Source: Marinobacter sp. (GTDB lineage Bacteria; Pseudomonadota; Gammaproteobacteria; Pseudomonadales; Oleiphilaceae). From it: a DNA stretch of 64,000 bases. The translations under genes and the position numbers were made by a program. The stretch is from the NCBI GenBank assembly GCA_018402255.1, contig JAGYIS010000005.1:286153-350152 (forward strand). Reading direction: 5' to 3'. How positions within the stretch are numbered: the first letter of the stretch is position 1; each line of letters starts with the position of its first letter. The notes beneath the pieces are model-generated. The model worked only from the letters and a program-made list of their open reading frames with translations, did no database searches and was not told the DNA's origin. Positions 39,776 through 50,110 of the stretch are shown in pieces.

Positions 39776-40256
39776 CCCGTTCCCAGGTTTTGTGCAGGAT
39801 CAGGGCGTCGTTGGCGGCCCGGTGAACAGGCAGGCCAAGGTCGGCGATGACTTTTTGCCGGACGCCGGCCCACTCTCTTACCTGAGCCGGATTCAGTAAC
39901 ATGGACACGGATTCCAGCTGAAACGCCGGGGCTTCTCCGGCGGCGCGGAACAGACGGTGCAACCAGAAACTGTCAAACGTCCAGGCGTCACAGAAAACCT
40001 GCTCCAGCTTCAACTCGTTCAGTTGCTTGGCAACCTCACTGACGGGCATGCCCTCTTGCTCCAGCCTCGACCGCGAAATGCCGTGGATGGCCTCGGCACT
40101 CTCGGACCAGTCCTGCCAGAGCACGTGTGGGCAGATCAACCAGCTGTGCAGGGCGCCATCGGGCATGCACACGCCGACTTCAATCGGGTAGCTTGCGATC
40201 AGGTCGAGACTGGAGGCCTCAAAATCGATGAATGCCGGGCTGCTGTCTGGTGTCAT
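39744..40256 (-). CDS. 3'-5' exonuclease (DEDDh / DnaQ-like fold)
   Basis: FIDFEASSL (Exo I, D-x-E), FCDAWTFDSFWL (Exo II-like) and HRAANDALIL (Exo III, H-x4-D). Confidence 0.75.
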   Translation of the reverse strand: MTPDSSPAFIDFEASSLDLIASYPIEVGVCMPDGALHSWLICPHVLWQDWSESAEAIHGISRSRLEQEGMPVSEVAKQLNELKLEQVFCDAWTFDSFWLHRLFRAAGEAPAFQLESVSMLLNPAQVREWAGVRQKVIADLGLPVHRAANDALILHKTWERVIYQGEAAVQ

Positions 40257-40338
40257 TGAATCAACGTATGGTCATTGTCGTTTTCTTTGGAGTTTACCCC
40301 CGATCTTGTCCGGACGCGAACCCAAGAGGTTGTAGCGC

Positions 40339-40347
40339 TGTTACAAT
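40339..40347 (+). promoter_or_regulatory. candidate extended -10 promoter for queC
   Basis: TGtTACAAT, about 60 nt upstream of ATG 40406. Confidence 0.3.
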
Positions 40348-40405
40348 ATGGCCATAGTTTGTAAAAGCCTAATGACACAATCCCTTCTATGCTGGTGAAT
40401 CCCCC

Positions 40406-41089
40406 ATGACTGACACTGTGGTCGTTATCTATTCCGGAGGCATGGACTCCTTTACCTTGCTGCATCTTGCCCGGGCCCGGGGCTTTAACGTGCATGCGTT
40501 GTCGTTCGACTATGGCCAGCGTCATGTCCGTGAGCTGGAGTCTGCCCGCGCGGTTTGCCAGGCACACAGTATTCCTCACAAGGTGATTGATATCCGGGCC
40601 ATGAACGATGTGATGGCAGGGTCATCGCTGACGTCAGATATTGATATCCCTGAGGGTCACTATCAGGAGGACAGCATGAAATCGACGGTGGTGCCCAACC
40701 GCAACATGATCCTGTTGTCTCTGGCCACAGGATACGCGGTGACGGTGGGCGCCCGGTCGGTCTGGTATGGCGCCCACGGCGGCGATCACGCAATCTACCC
40801 GGATTGCCGCCCGGAATTTGTTGAGAAGATGGACGCGGTGTGCCGGATCGCCAACTATGAACCGGTGGCCATTGAGGCCCCGTTCATGGCGCTCGACAAA
40901 GGCCAGATTCTTGGCGAGGGCCTCAAGCTGGGCCTGGACTACAGCCAGACATGGACCTGCTACAACGGTCGTGAACAGGCCTGTGGTGTTTGCGGTTCCT
41001 GCGTTGAGCGCCTTGAGGCCTTTGCCGCCCATGGACTGGCGGATCCGCTGGCCTATGAGGCGGTTGTAACCGGAAAAGGGAGCGCCTGA
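40406..41089 (+). CDS. queC: 7-cyano-7-deazaguanine synthase
   Basis: [14 protein letters not shown] (PP-loop SGGxDS) and the C-terminal zinc-binding cysteines C..CGVCGSC. Confidence 0.95.
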   Translation: MTDTVVVIYSGGMDSFTLLHLARARGFNVHALSFDYGQRHVRELESARAVCQAHSIPHKVIDIRAMNDVMAGSSLTSDIDIPEGHYQEDSMKSTVVPNRNMILLSLATGYAVTVGARSVWYGAHGGDHAIYPDCRPEFVEKMDAVCRIANYEPVAIEAPFMALDKGQILGEGLKLGLDYSQTWTCYNGREQACGVCGSCVERLEAFAAHGLADPLAYEAVVTGKGSA

Positions 41090-41739
41090 TGTATCGGGTA
41101 AAAGAAGCCTTCTATACCCTCCAGGGCGAAGGCGCTCAGGCCGGCCGTGCCGCTGTGTTCTGCCGGTTCAGTAAATGCAACCTGTGGACCGGTCGCGAAA
41201 AAGACCGGGCCGGCGCGGTCTGTGACTTTTGTGATACCGATTTTGTAGGTACCGACGGTCAGAATGGCGGCCGATTTGAGTCCGCTGCCGCCCTGGCGGC
41301 CCATGTTCGCAACTTGTGGCCGGACAAGCAGGGCACGCCCTATGTGGTCTGCACCGGGGGAGAACCCTTGCTGCAACTGGACAAGCCGTTGATTGATGCC
41401 CTGCATACCGCGGGTTTTGAAATCGGCGTTGAAACCAATGGCACTCTGGCGGCCCCCGACGGTATCGACTGGCTGTGCGTCAGCCCGAAGGCCGACGCCG
41501 AGGTCGTGATTACCGAGTGTGATGAGCTCAAGCTGGTATACCCACAGCCGCTGGCACCTCCGGAGCGGTTTCTGGGCATCCGGGCGCGGCACTACTTCCT
41601 GTCTCCGATGGCATCGCCGTCGGCGCAAGGCGCGGATCCGATCAAACAAAGCAACACCCGCAAGGCCACGGATTACTGCCTTGCGCATCCACAGTGGCGA
41701 CTGACCCTGCAGATGCACAAGATTCTGGGTATCGACTGA
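41089..41739 (+). CDS. queE: 7-carboxy-7-deazaguanine synthase (radical SAM)
   Basis: EAFYTLQGEGAQAGRAAVFCRFSKCNLWTG, the QueE variant of the radical-SAM cluster motif. Its start overlaps the queC stop. Confidence 0.9.
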   Translation: MYRVKEAFYTLQGEGAQAGRAAVFCRFSKCNLWTGREKDRAGAVCDFCDTDFVGTDGQNGGRFESAAALAAHVRNLWPDKQGTPYVVCTGGEPLLQLDKPLIDALHTAGFEIGVETNGTLAAPDGIDWLCVSPKADAEVVITECDELKLVYPQPLAPPERFLGIRARHYFLSPMASPSAQGADPIKQSNTRKATDYCLAHPQWRLTLQMHKILGID

Positions 41740-41740
41740 A

Positions 41741-42799
41741 TCAGGCGATCGCGCGCAGTGCGGTCCCTTTGCTGCGGAAGTGGCTGGGGCTGAAGCCGGT
41801 CCAGCGCTTGAAGGCGCGGGTAAAATTGGCGGCGTCAGCATAACCCAGCGCATCGGCAATCTGGCTCAGATTCATACCCGTGCTCTCCAGCAATTCACGG
41901 GCGCGATCAAGGCGGACTTCATCCACCAGGTGCTGGAAACTGGCATTTTCTTCTTGCAGACGCCGCTTCAGGGTCCGTTCGGATACGAACAGGGTGGCGG
42001 CAACGCGCGCAAGTTTCGGTGGGAACGGGTGGCTGGTCTCGATCACCCGGCGCACCCGGCAGGCAAAGCCGGCATCTTCGTGCAGTTGCTTGAGCGCTTC
42101 CTCACATTGGGCCCGGGACCTGAGCGCAAGCTGATCGTCACTGAACCGCACGGGCAGGGCGAGTTCATTGACCGGTATGACCAGTGCATTTTCGGTGGCG
42201 TTATATTCGACCGGCGCTCCGATACCGTTACGGAAGCGATGGAAGTGATTGGGTTCCGGGCCTCGCCGCAACACCCGAATGCCGGGAATCGGAGATCCGG
42301 TTAACTGTGCCCCCATGGTGACGCAGCCAAACAAAAGCGCATCCAGGACGAAGCCCTGAAGGGGGCCGAGTTCCACATCGCAGGTAATCTCATACCAGGC
42401 ATTCTGCCCCGACAGGTGTTTGCGCACCCTCAGATGGGGAGCGCGCAGCGTCAGATAGCGAGTCATCAGCTCCAGAGCGTCTTCCAGCGAGCGGCTACTC
42501 ATGACGGCGGTGCCCAGAGCGCCATGCAGTGGCAACTTGAGCTCCCGGGCAAGCAGAATGCCCAGGCCCGGCTCACCGCTTTCTATGATCGCGCGGGTGA
42601 CGAATTCGCTGGCCTGAGTCTGGCTGACCCGAAGTTCCGTGGATTTGAGTCGGGCTGGGTCCAGGCCGACCCGCTGAATAAGGTCCCGCTCGTCGATACC
42701 AATGTTGTGCAGCAGCTCGGCCAGGGTGTGCAGATAGATGGCCGGCATGCCCAGATCCTGTGCGGTAGACACTGAGGCGCGCATGGTTTTCCTCGTCAA
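41741..42799 (-). CDS. AraC family transcriptional regulator
   Basis: It has a C-terminal double HTH (LSQIADALGYADAANFTRAFKRWTGFSPSHFR) and an N-terminal AraC-type ligand-binding domain. Confidence 0.85.
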   Translation of the reverse strand: MTRKTMRASVSTAQDLGMPAIYLHTLAELLHNIGIDERDLIQRVGLDPARLKSTELRVSQTQASEFVTRAIIESGEPGLGILLARELKLPLHGALGTAVMSSRSLEDALELMTRYLTLRAPHLRVRKHLSGQNAWYEITCDVELGPLQGFVLDALLFGCVTMGAQLTGSPIPGIRVLRRGPEPNHFHRFRNGIGAPVEYNATENALVIPVNELALPVRFSDDQLALRSRAQCEEALKQLHEDAGFACRVRRVIETSHPFPPKLARVAATLFVSERTLKRRLQEENASFQHLVDEVRLDRARELLESTGMNLSQIADALGYADAANFTRAFKRWTGFSPSHFRSKGTALRAIA

Positions 42800-42926
42800 T
42801 GACGGTTTTTGTTATGTAAGGGTATTCATCAAGACTGATTATGACCCTTTGGCTGCATCAGCCCCATGACTTGATTGACGGGTCAATGGGCCAGAGAGGC
42901 CAATTCAGACTCTCTGGTTTGGGCCT

Positions 42927-43715
42927 TCAGTGGTTATGGCGGCGGATAAAGGTTTCCAGCACCCGGGCCGAACGGCCGGGATTTTCCAACATCGGCAGGT
43001 GACCAACGCCGCTAAAAACGTGAATGTCGGCGCCCGGGGTGGCGGTCTTGAACCAGTCCACACAACGGGTTGGCGTAATGACATCACGATCTCCCCACTG
43101 CACCTGCAGCGGTGGCGATGCCGGGCCCAGGTATCTGGCGGGTGCCAGGGCATCGGCCAGCATGTCGTTAAAGATATGCCGAAGGGAATCACGACGTTGC
43201 AGCAGATCTGGCCCGAGCAGTCCGGTCATGGCGAGGCCTGGCAGGGTTGGCTTGCCAGAGCCGACACTGTTGAACATGCGATAGACCCCGCGCCAGTCCT
43301 GGGGAATAAGAATGGAGTCCCGATCGGATCTGAACGGCGCGTCAATATCCACATCGGCATGTTCCGGAATGCCGGCGCTGTTGAGCAGGGTTACAGTACG
43401 CGGAGCCTGCTGGAGTTTATGGGCCAGGATGGCTGCAATGGCGCCGCCCATGGAGCTGCCGGCGATGTGCAGATTATCGGTTGGGTATCCGGACAGCCAG
43501 GTGCTCAGCCGCCGGGCCTGGCTTTCGTAACGATAGCAGGCGTCAGGTTGGTACTCGCTTTCACCGAGGCCCGGCAAATCAGGCACCAGAAGATGCCAGT
43601 CGGCAGGCAGTTTCTGCATCCAGAACGCCCAGTTCTCTTTCATTGAGGCAAAGCCATGAATCAGCACCAGCGTTGGCCGGCCGGGTGCTGGTTTCCCCCG
43701 TTCCAGAAAAATCAT
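42927..43715 (-). CDS. alpha/beta hydrolase
   Basis: VLIHGF, the nucleophile elbow AGSSMGG and a C-terminal GHLPMLE motif containing His. Confidence 0.8.
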   Translation of the reverse strand: MIFLERGKPAPGRPTLVLIHGFASMKENWAFWMQKLPADWHLLVPDLPGLGESEYQPDACYRYESQARRLSTWLSGYPTDNLHIAGSSMGGAIAAILAHKLQQAPRTVTLLNSAGIPEHADVDIDAPFRSDRDSILIPQDWRGVYRMFNSVGSGKPTLPGLAMTGLLGPDLLQRRDSLRHIFNDMLADALAPARYLGPASPPLQVQWGDRDVITPTRCVDWFKTATPGADIHVFSGVGHLPMLENPGRSARVLETFIRRHNH

Positions 43716-43921
43716 GCGATGACCGTCGACCAGGGCTTCCCGCCGGCGGGCGCGGAGTAACCAGCGCTGTCCTGTGCGGGCGGAGCGGCCAAAGATTAGG
43801 CGAGGGAACTTTCATGGATGCGACGACCTCTTAACGATGAATCCGACGCCCAGTTTAACGGGTTTGGTATGGGGCGCTATTGCCGGATGGCCTGAGTCCG
43901 ACGTCGGTAGAGCAACCAGGG

Positions 43922-45685
43922 TTAACGGGAGGGAAGTTTCAGATCAGTGATCACCGGGTTGTGATCGGACGACCGCCAGGGGCCGCGAAGGTACCGACCG
44001 GGCCGCTGGTCATAGCCCAATATCCTGGGTTCATCGGCGTTGATGTTCCAGCTTTGTGCATTAACGACAAGTGGCAGCAGCGTGCCCGAGGCCAGGGCAT
44101 AATCCAGCGTGCCTTTCTCACCTTGATAGCGGTAGCTGTAATGCCCGCAGCGGTCGGCGTCACAGGGGTAAAAGTGATGCACCAGGCTAGTGTAGCCCTG
44201 GTTGTAAAAGAGTTGCATCGGATCTTCCATGGCGTAGCTGTTGAGGTCTCCCGTGATCAGAGTGCCCGCCAGGGTGTCTGGTTGTGGCAGGGTTGCCAGC
44301 CAGTTGAGCATGGCTTTGGCGGCCCGGGTTCGGCGATCACTGTAGCAGCCCTGGCCATCGTTCTGGTCTGCGTTGGCTGATGTTGCATTGCGACAGGATT
44401 TGGATTTCAGGTGAGGCACCACAACCCGAATGTGTTGATGGCTGTCATGGAAACCGAAAACCTGGGCCAGTGGCGGTCTGTCGAGCGCGCTGTCGGGCCG
44501 GTTTGGTGCGCCAATAAGTTTTACTCGATCGTCCCGGTACAACAGGGCATTACGAATGGCATCGTTGCCGTCTTGTCCGGGTGTGGCGACGAAGTGCCAG
44601 TCGGGCCCGAGCTCCCGGGCAAGCTGCGCCAGGGCACTGTTCGACTCATATCCGTCGTTTTCCATTTCAGTCACCGCCAGGATGTCTGGGTCCGATTGAG
44701 TAATGGCAGCCACCAGTCGCTGGCTCTGATGCTGGAACGCGGACTGGCTTTCGGCGCCTCGCGTGGTTGGAAAGCCCCCGCCCTGACCATCCCCGTTGAA
44801 GTAGTTTTGCAGATTAAGCGTCATCACCCGTTGGCTGCCGCCGGATGGCCTGGCGGGTGCTTCCGGGCGCGAGTTGGTGGTGTTGAACCGGGGCTTTCGG
44901 TCCGGCTGGACGCGCCATTGGCCAAACCGGTAGTCCAGAACGCCTTCAATTCCGGTAACGGTGTCGCCTGCCCGCAGGGTGTTGGGGTACGTCAGGCCTC
45001 CCGGCGGCCAGGGTATGGGGCTTGGGTTGCGCACGCCCTGGCCGTCATCCAGCAAAACCCGGTGCTGATGATTCCACTGCTGTTGTTTTTGGGCGGCCGG
45101 TCCAGGCGCTTGGTATTCGGTGGCTGTTACCTGATCGTTGGCGGCCAGTGTCAGTTCGCCGAAAACCGAGAGATTGTAATGGTCGATCACCGTCAGCGGT
45201 TGGCTGAACCGCACACGCATGTTCTCCAGGCTTTCGGGTGGCTGTGACCAGGGCAGTGTTACGACAATGGATTGCGGCATGGTTGCATCACCGCAAATCT
45301 TGAGGCTACTGATATCAACCAGTTCGGTAAGCCCGTGGTATTCCTTGACCTTGCCGGTCACCCTGAGCCGCTGGCCGGGCTGGCCTTGGGTCAGGCGGGT
45401 ATAGACAAACAGAGCTTCGGACGTGGCGGGATTCTGGTCTGTTTCGGCATCAGCTTGCTGTAGATAAAAGCCGCCGAACCCGCCCGAATGCCGACGGTCC
45501 TGGGTGAGAATGCCCTCGACGGTGATTTTCTTGCCGGCCAGCGGGGAGGATGTGCCACTGCCCTGAACCTGATGAATGGCGGTGGCTTGGTCACCACAAA
45601 CCTCAGCTGTTGCCTGGGCGGGTACCGCAGCGACAAACAACAGGCTGAGAATGAAGCCAAGGGTGTAAGTAGAAGATCTGGTCAC
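43922..45685 (-). CDS. ExeM/NucH family extracellular endonuclease (endonuclease/exonuclease/phosphatase fold)
   Basis: It has a GTG start, a signal peptide ending AQATAE, the N-terminal segment IHQVQGSGTSSPLAGKKITVEGILT typical of the family, and EEP-domain motifs (VMTLNLQNYF, LAVTEMEND, SDHNPV). Confidence 0.85.
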   Translation of the reverse strand: MTRSSTYTLGFILSLLFVAAVPAQATAEVCGDQATAIHQVQGSGTSSPLAGKKITVEGILTQDRRHSGGFGGFYLQQADAETDQNPATSEALFVYTRLTQGQPGQRLRVTGKVKEYHGLTELVDISSLKICGDATMPQSIVVTLPWSQPPESLENMRVRFSQPLTVIDHYNLSVFGELTLAANDQVTATEYQAPGPAAQKQQQWNHQHRVLLDDGQGVRNPSPIPWPPGGLTYPNTLRAGDTVTGIEGVLDYRFGQWRVQPDRKPRFNTTNSRPEAPARPSGGSQRVMTLNLQNYFNGDGQGGGFPTTRGAESQSAFQHQSQRLVAAITQSDPDILAVTEMENDGYESNSALAQLARELGPDWHFVATPGQDGNDAIRNALLYRDDRVKLIGAPNRPDSALDRPPLAQVFGFHDSHQHIRVVVPHLKSKSCRNATSANADQNDGQGCYSDRRTRAAKAMLNWLATLPQPDTLAGTLITGDLNSYAMEDPMQLFYNQGYTSLVHHFYPCDADRCGHYSYRYQGEKGTLDYALASGTLLPLVVNAQSWNINADEPRILGYDQRPGRYLRGPWRSSDHNPVITDLKLPSR

Positions 45686-45694
45686 CGGGCCAGT

Positions 45695-46597
45695 CTAGCA
45701 GAGACCGGCCACCGCTTTGAGCGCTTTTTCACGCTTGCTGCCAAAGCCAAGCTGGTCCGGATTGGCCAGTTCCAGCTGCTGTACCAGCGGGTCGGGATGA
45801 AGGTTGTCGAAGGTGATGCCAAGCCGCGACAACACATAAGGCGCCAGCGCTGCACGGGCTTCAATCTGGAGCCGGCCGTGTTCCATGCCGTAGTCGTTGG
45901 CAATAATCTGCTGCTGGGCTTGGGTCAGCCGTTGATCCGGCGCAATCTCAAGCGTGACAATGCGTTGCCAGTCATCGTCCTGCTGCGCAGAGTGTCGGGA
46001 TTTCTGGCGTAACGCCTCAGGCTGGCCCTGAAAGCGACTCAGGGCAAAATCCCGAAACTCGCGATTGGCGCTGCACCAGGCGCGAAGGTGCCAGCTGTTG
46101 CCGGCACAGACCAGAGCGTGGGGCTCGAGGATACTGTCTGCCGCTTCGGGCCGGCTCAGAGACACATAGCTGGCTCTGAGTTGGCGGTGGTAGCGAGTGG
46201 CGGAGACGATGGCCCGCATGGTCTCAGGAGGAATGTGACGGGCCGGCTCCGGTATGACGGTGTTGCCAGGCATGCCCAGTTCAAGGTCGGCGAACGTTTC
46301 GCTGAGATTCTGCTGGCGGGAGAGCAGATCCTGATATTCGCTGATCTGACCTCGGGTAACCACGGGTTTGAAGTCAGCGGCCGGTACATATCCTTTCAAA
46401 TGTCGATCGTACACAAGGTTGCCTGGGGCAAGTTCCCGCAGGTAGGTATTGATGTCTTTTGAGGCCTGCTGTCGACCAATGCCAAAGCTGTGGCAAATGT
46501 GGTTGGTGGTCAGGCGTCCTTCCCACAATGCGACGATTTCGATCAGGCGATAGCGAAGCAGTAAATCCCAACGAATGGGCCAGTCCGTTTTCTTCAT
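45695..46597 (-). CDS. WYL domain transcriptional regulator
   Basis: An N-terminal winged HTH (RYRLIEIVALWEGRLTTNHICHSFGIGRQQASKDI) and a WYL-type core (ILEPHALVCAGNSWHLRAWCSANREFRDFALSRF). It ends 9 nt upstream of the nuclease start. Confidence 0.8.
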   Translation of the reverse strand: MKKTDWPIRWDLLLRYRLIEIVALWEGRLTTNHICHSFGIGRQQASKDINTYLRELAPGNLVYDRHLKGYVPAADFKPVVTRGQISEYQDLLSRQQNLSETFADLELGMPGNTVIPEPARHIPPETMRAIVSATRYHRQLRASYVSLSRPEAADSILEPHALVCAGNSWHLRAWCSANREFRDFALSRFQGQPEALRQKSRHSAQQDDDWQRIVTLEIAPDQRLTQAQQQIIANDYGMEHGRLQIEARAALAPYVLSRLGITFDNLHPDPLVQQLELANPDQLGFGSKREKALKAVAGLC

Positions 46598-46844
46598 AAC
46601 CAGGCGCTCACGGTCCGATAAGTAGCTTAGTGTTTATGTTACCCGCTACTGTCATTGGGTTCTGTTACGGCACATTAATGTAAAATATTGTCAAACAGGG
46701 CGCTACGACGGGATTCAAAGTCTCGGCAACTCCCTAGTGGTATCGCCTCACTATGCCTGATTAAATACCTGCCAGCAGGCAACCAATAATGTTGCTATCT
46801 TTTCTTTACGTCACCCTGGTGTAACCCAGCTCACGGAGTCATCC

Positions 46845-48128
46845 ATGACCCGAATGGTCGCTTCCCTTTCGGCGCTTCTTTTAAGCATCGTGCTGCTGGT
46901 CAGTGGCAATGCTTTTTTGATGACATTGCTGGGTATCCGGTTAAGTATTGAACAGGTCTCTCCCGACGTCATCGGGTGGGTTCTGGTGTGCTACTCCATC
47001 GGTTTTGTGCTTGGCACACTGTATGTTCACAAGATCATCGGCCGGGTTGGTCATATCCGGGCATTTGCCGCGTTTGCTGCTATGGCGGCGGTGGTTTCCC
47101 TGATGTATCCGATGGCATTGTCGATGGTTTTCTGGGCGGTATTGCGCGTGCTGTCCGGGTTTTGTATTGCCGGTGTTCTGGTGGTTATCGAAAGCTGGTT
47201 TTCCAGCCGCGCTACCAACGCAAACCGGGGTGCCCTTTTTGCGGTCTACCAGATTGTGTTTTACCTGTCGGCGGCCGGAGGGCAGCTGATCGTGAACGTG
47301 GGTGATCCGGCCAACTTCTTGCCGTTTTCGCTGGCGGCCATCCTGATTACCGTTGCCCTGATTCCCCTATGTCTGACCCGGATGGAAGCTCCGGTGATCG
47401 AACAGTCGCCCCGAATGTCTTTTTTCACACTGGGCAGAGAATCCTTCACCGGAGTGGCGGGCGCCTTGATCTGCGGTGTTCTGATTGGCGGCTTCTATGC
47501 GCTCGGCCCGGTGTACGCCACCATGGTGGGGCTGGACGTTGCCCGTACCTCGACCTTTATGGCCGGCGCCATTGTTGCCGCCATGTTGTTGGCCTGGCCT
47601 CTGGGCCGGTTGTGTGATCGCTTTGATCGCCGCCGGGTCATGTTCTGGGTTGCCCTGTTTGCCGCCGCCTCCGCCGCTGGCGTGGCGGTGACCGGTGCCG
47701 CCAACCTGGCTCTGTTGACTGTGTTGGTGGGGTTGTTTACCGGACTGTCGGCAACCATCTACCCGATCGCGGTGGCGATTACCAACGACCGCATGGAAAG
47801 TAACCGGATTGTTGCCGCCAGCGCCACCCTGCTGCTCAGTTACGGTATCGGCAGTGTGATTGGTCCGATTACCATGGCAGAGCTGATCAATCAGTTGGGT
47901 CCGGCAGGGTTGTTCTACGGCAATGCCGGCTTCCTGCTGTTGCTGGCGGCGATCACCAGCTACCGGATCACCCACACCGAAGATGTGCCAGTGGCCGAGC
48001 AGGAGCATTTTGTTCCGGCCATGCCGGAGACGTCGTCTGTGCTGACCGAGATGGACCCACGCAATACCGAATTCCACGAATCACCAGAAGTAGAAGAGAT
48101 GAAGGAGGAGTTGCGTCAGGCTGGCTGA
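46845..48128 (+). CDS. MFS transporter
   Basis: The 427-aa protein has about 12 TM helices and a hydrophilic acidic C-terminal tail. Confidence 0.85.
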   Translation: MTRMVASLSALLLSIVLLVSGNAFLMTLLGIRLSIEQVSPDVIGWVLVCYSIGFVLGTLYVHKIIGRVGHIRAFAAFAAMAAVVSLMYPMALSMVFWAVLRVLSGFCIAGVLVVIESWFSSRATNANRGALFAVYQIVFYLSAAGGQLIVNVGDPANFLPFSLAAILITVALIPLCLTRMEAPVIEQSPRMSFFTLGRESFTGVAGALICGVLIGGFYALGPVYATMVGLDVARTSTFMAGAIVAAMLLAWPLGRLCDRFDRRRVMFWVALFAAASAAGVAVTGAANLALLTVLVGLFTGLSATIYPIAVAITNDRMESNRIVAASATLLLSYGIGSVIGPITMAELINQLGPAGLFYGNAGFLLLLAAITSYRITHTEDVPVAEQEHFVPAMPETSSVLTEMDPRNTEFHESPEVEEMKEELRQAG

Positions 48129-48192
48129 CGCAACTCTCGGTTTTCCCCAATTATGTTTTACCCCTCAAATCTGTTTTTATTTCAATGGTTAG

Positions 48193-48223
48193 CTTACTAT
48201 TGGTGAATTTCCAATAAGGTAAG
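48193..48223. promoter_or_regulatory. imperfect palindrome, candidate MarR operator
   Basis: CTTACTATTGG-TGAATTT-CCAATAAGGTAAG. The core TATTGG/CCAATA is perfect. It lies about 70 nt upstream of the MarR start. Confidence 0.4.
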
Positions 48224-48289
48224 TATTTGTCGGTTTTCGGGTTGGCGTTTGCTTGTCCCATGCCGGATCACCATCAGGAGTGTTTAGCC

Positions 48290-48715
48290 ATGAGAGATCA
48301 ATTCCCGTTTGCCGTAGCCCGAGTCACCCGCCGCTGGCGCAAAATGCTCGACGAGCGCCTGAAAGATCTGGGTGTAACCCAGGCGCGCTGGAGCACTATG
48401 GTGTACCTGCAGCAAGGCGGTGAAGGCCTCACACAGCGCGAGTTGGCCAGTTTGATGGCGATCGAGAATCCCACGCTGGTGCGATTACTCGACAGCCTGG
48501 AGGAGCAGGGTCTGATCGAGCGGCGCGCCTGCCCGAACGATCGCCGGGCCCGCCGCCTGCACCTGACCAAACCGGGTGCGGCGTTTATGGACGAGCTGTC
48601 AGAGCGGGCAGCTACCCTGCGTGAAGAGATGCTTGAGGGTGTCTCCGACAAGGAAATCGAAAGCGCGCTCAAGGTGTTTCACAAGATCCTGGAAAACGCT
48701 GAAAAGCAGAAGTGA
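48290..48715 (+). CDS. MarR family transcriptional regulator
   Basis: A winged-helix core (LTQRELASLMAIENPTLVRLLDSLEEQGLIERRACPNDRRA). ATG 48290 is preceded by CAGGAG. Confidence 0.85.
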   Translation: MRDQFPFAVARVTRRWRKMLDERLKDLGVTQARWSTMVYLQQGGEGLTQRELASLMAIENPTLVRLLDSLEEQGLIERRACPNDRRARRLHLTKPGAAFMDELSERAATLREEMLEGVSDKEIESALKVFHKILENAEKQK

Positions 48716-48718
48716 CGC

Positions 48719-50110
48719 TTGCATCACAATTCCATTGAGGGCCTGACCGCCCGCTACGGTGAGCGCTGGCGATGGCTGGCGCTGGTTACCGTGGTGCTGG
48801 GTACCATGGCAACGGTACTGAGTGCGACGGTGGTCAATGTTGCACTGCACGACATCATGCTGGAGTTCGGTATTCGCCAGGGCCAGGTGCACTGGCTGGC
48901 GACCGGGTTTATCGCCGCCATGACCACCACCATGCTGGCTTCTGCCTGGCTGCTGGATCGCTTTGGCGTGCGTGTGACTCTGGCCGTGGCCATGGCCGCG
49001 TTTACCGTCATTTCGATTGTGGGTGGATTTGCCCATACCCCGGAACAACTGATCGCGGCTCGAATAGGTCAGGGCGCCATGGCGGGTCTGATGCAACCGA
49101 TGGGCATGTATCTGGTGTTTCGGATATTCCCGGTCGAGCGCCGGGGCCAGGTCATGGGCATCTATGGAATGGGGGTGATTCTGGCGCCCGCATTGGGGCC
49201 GGTACTGGGCGGATTTCTGGTAGACCAGCTCAACTGGCGATACGTCATGTTTGCACCCGCACCGGTCACCCTGTTGGGTGTGTGGATGGCGTGGCGTTTC
49301 TTACCGCTGCCGCGGAAGCGCCCGCCCCACTACCCGTTCGATCTTCTGGGTTTGCTTTTGCTCGGTACCACTATCGCGCTGACGCTGGAAACCCTGAACC
49401 GGATGCAATCCTGGAGCGGCCAGGAAAGTCGCATTGTCTTGCAGGCCCTTCTGGCGCTCGGCTTTCTGGCTGCGTTTGTGCTGCGCGAGCGCAAGGCCCG
49501 GCACCCTCTGATCAACATTCAACTGTTACGCCAGCCAGTCTTTCTGTGTGCCACCCTGGGCGCCATGGCGCTGGGCCTGGCCCTGTTCGGCTCGACCTAT
49601 CTGATCCCCTTATTTGTGCAGACCGCGCTCGGTTTCTCTGCGACTGAGGCCGGACTTCTCATGCTGCCGGCGGGCGTGGTTCTGGGTATTGTGTTTCCGC
49701 TTGCCGGGAGGTTAGCCGACAAGCGAAGTGCGCGCAGTCTGGTGCTGTTTGGCATCGGGATGTTTGCGCTCTCTGCTGTATTGTTTGCACTGACCGGTGA
49801 GTATGCTGGGTTCGCCTGGCTGGCATTCTGGGCAATTCTTGGCCGAATTGGCATTGGGTTCATGTTGCCGGCACTGTCCACCGGAGCCCTGAATCCGCTG
49901 TCTCCTGAGCAACTGGGGGCAGGATCCAGTACCATTAATTTTGCCCGCCAACTGGGTGGCGCCATCGGCGTGAATCTGGTGGCCCTGACCATCGAGTTTG
50001 GTGAGCATCGCTCAGGCGTCCCGACGTATGAGGCGTTTGCGTCGGCCTGGTGGCTGGTGGCGATTTTTGTTGCGCTTGCGGCACTGCCTGTCTGGAGAAT
50101 GAGGGTTTAA
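48719..50110 (+). CDS. MFS drug efflux transporter (DHA2/EmrB-like)
   Basis: The 463-aa polytopic protein lies 3 nt downstream of marR. It has a TTG start as given by the ORF track. The N-terminal LALVTVVLGTMATVLSATVVNVALHDI is typical of DHA2. Confidence 0.8.
   Translation: MHHNSIEGLTARYGERWRWLALVTVVLGTMATVLSATVVNVALHDIMLEFGIRQGQVHWLATGFIAAMTTTMLASAWLLDRFGVRVTLAVAMAAFTVISIVGGFAHTPEQLIAARIGQGAMAGLMQPMGMYLVFRIFPVERRGQVMGIYGMGVILAPALGPVLGGFLVDQLNWRYVMFAPAPVTLLGVWMAWRFLPLPRKRPPHYPFDLLGLLLLGTTIALTLETLNRMQSWSGQESRIVLQALLALGFLAAFVLRERKARHPLINIQLLRQPVFLCATLGAMALGLALFGSTYLIPLFVQTALGFSATEAGLLMLPAGVVLGIVFPLAGRLADKRSARSLVLFGIGMFALSAVLFALTGEYAGFAWLAFWAILGRIGIGFMLPALSTGALNPLSPEQLGAGSSTINFARQLGGAIGVNLVALTIEFGEHRSGVPTYEAFASAWWLVAIFVALAALPVWRMRV

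Noticed and set aside
40257-40405. Possible preQ1 riboswitch upstream of queC (the AGAGGTTGTAGC string resembles the 5' part of the preQ1-I motif).
   Set aside because: There is no matching 3' CCTCT closing strand within the short distance required and no A-rich tail. The region is better explained as a plain promoter (TGtTACAAT).
39744-41739. queC-queE plus the neighbouring exonuclease as part of a 7-deazaguanine DNA-modification (Dpd) or QatC-type defence system.
   Set aside because: No dpdA/tgtA5-like transglycosylase, no QatA/B/D-type partners and no helicase or ATPase genes are nearby. queC and queE have housekeeping-type sequences, and the exonuclease is divergently transcribed.
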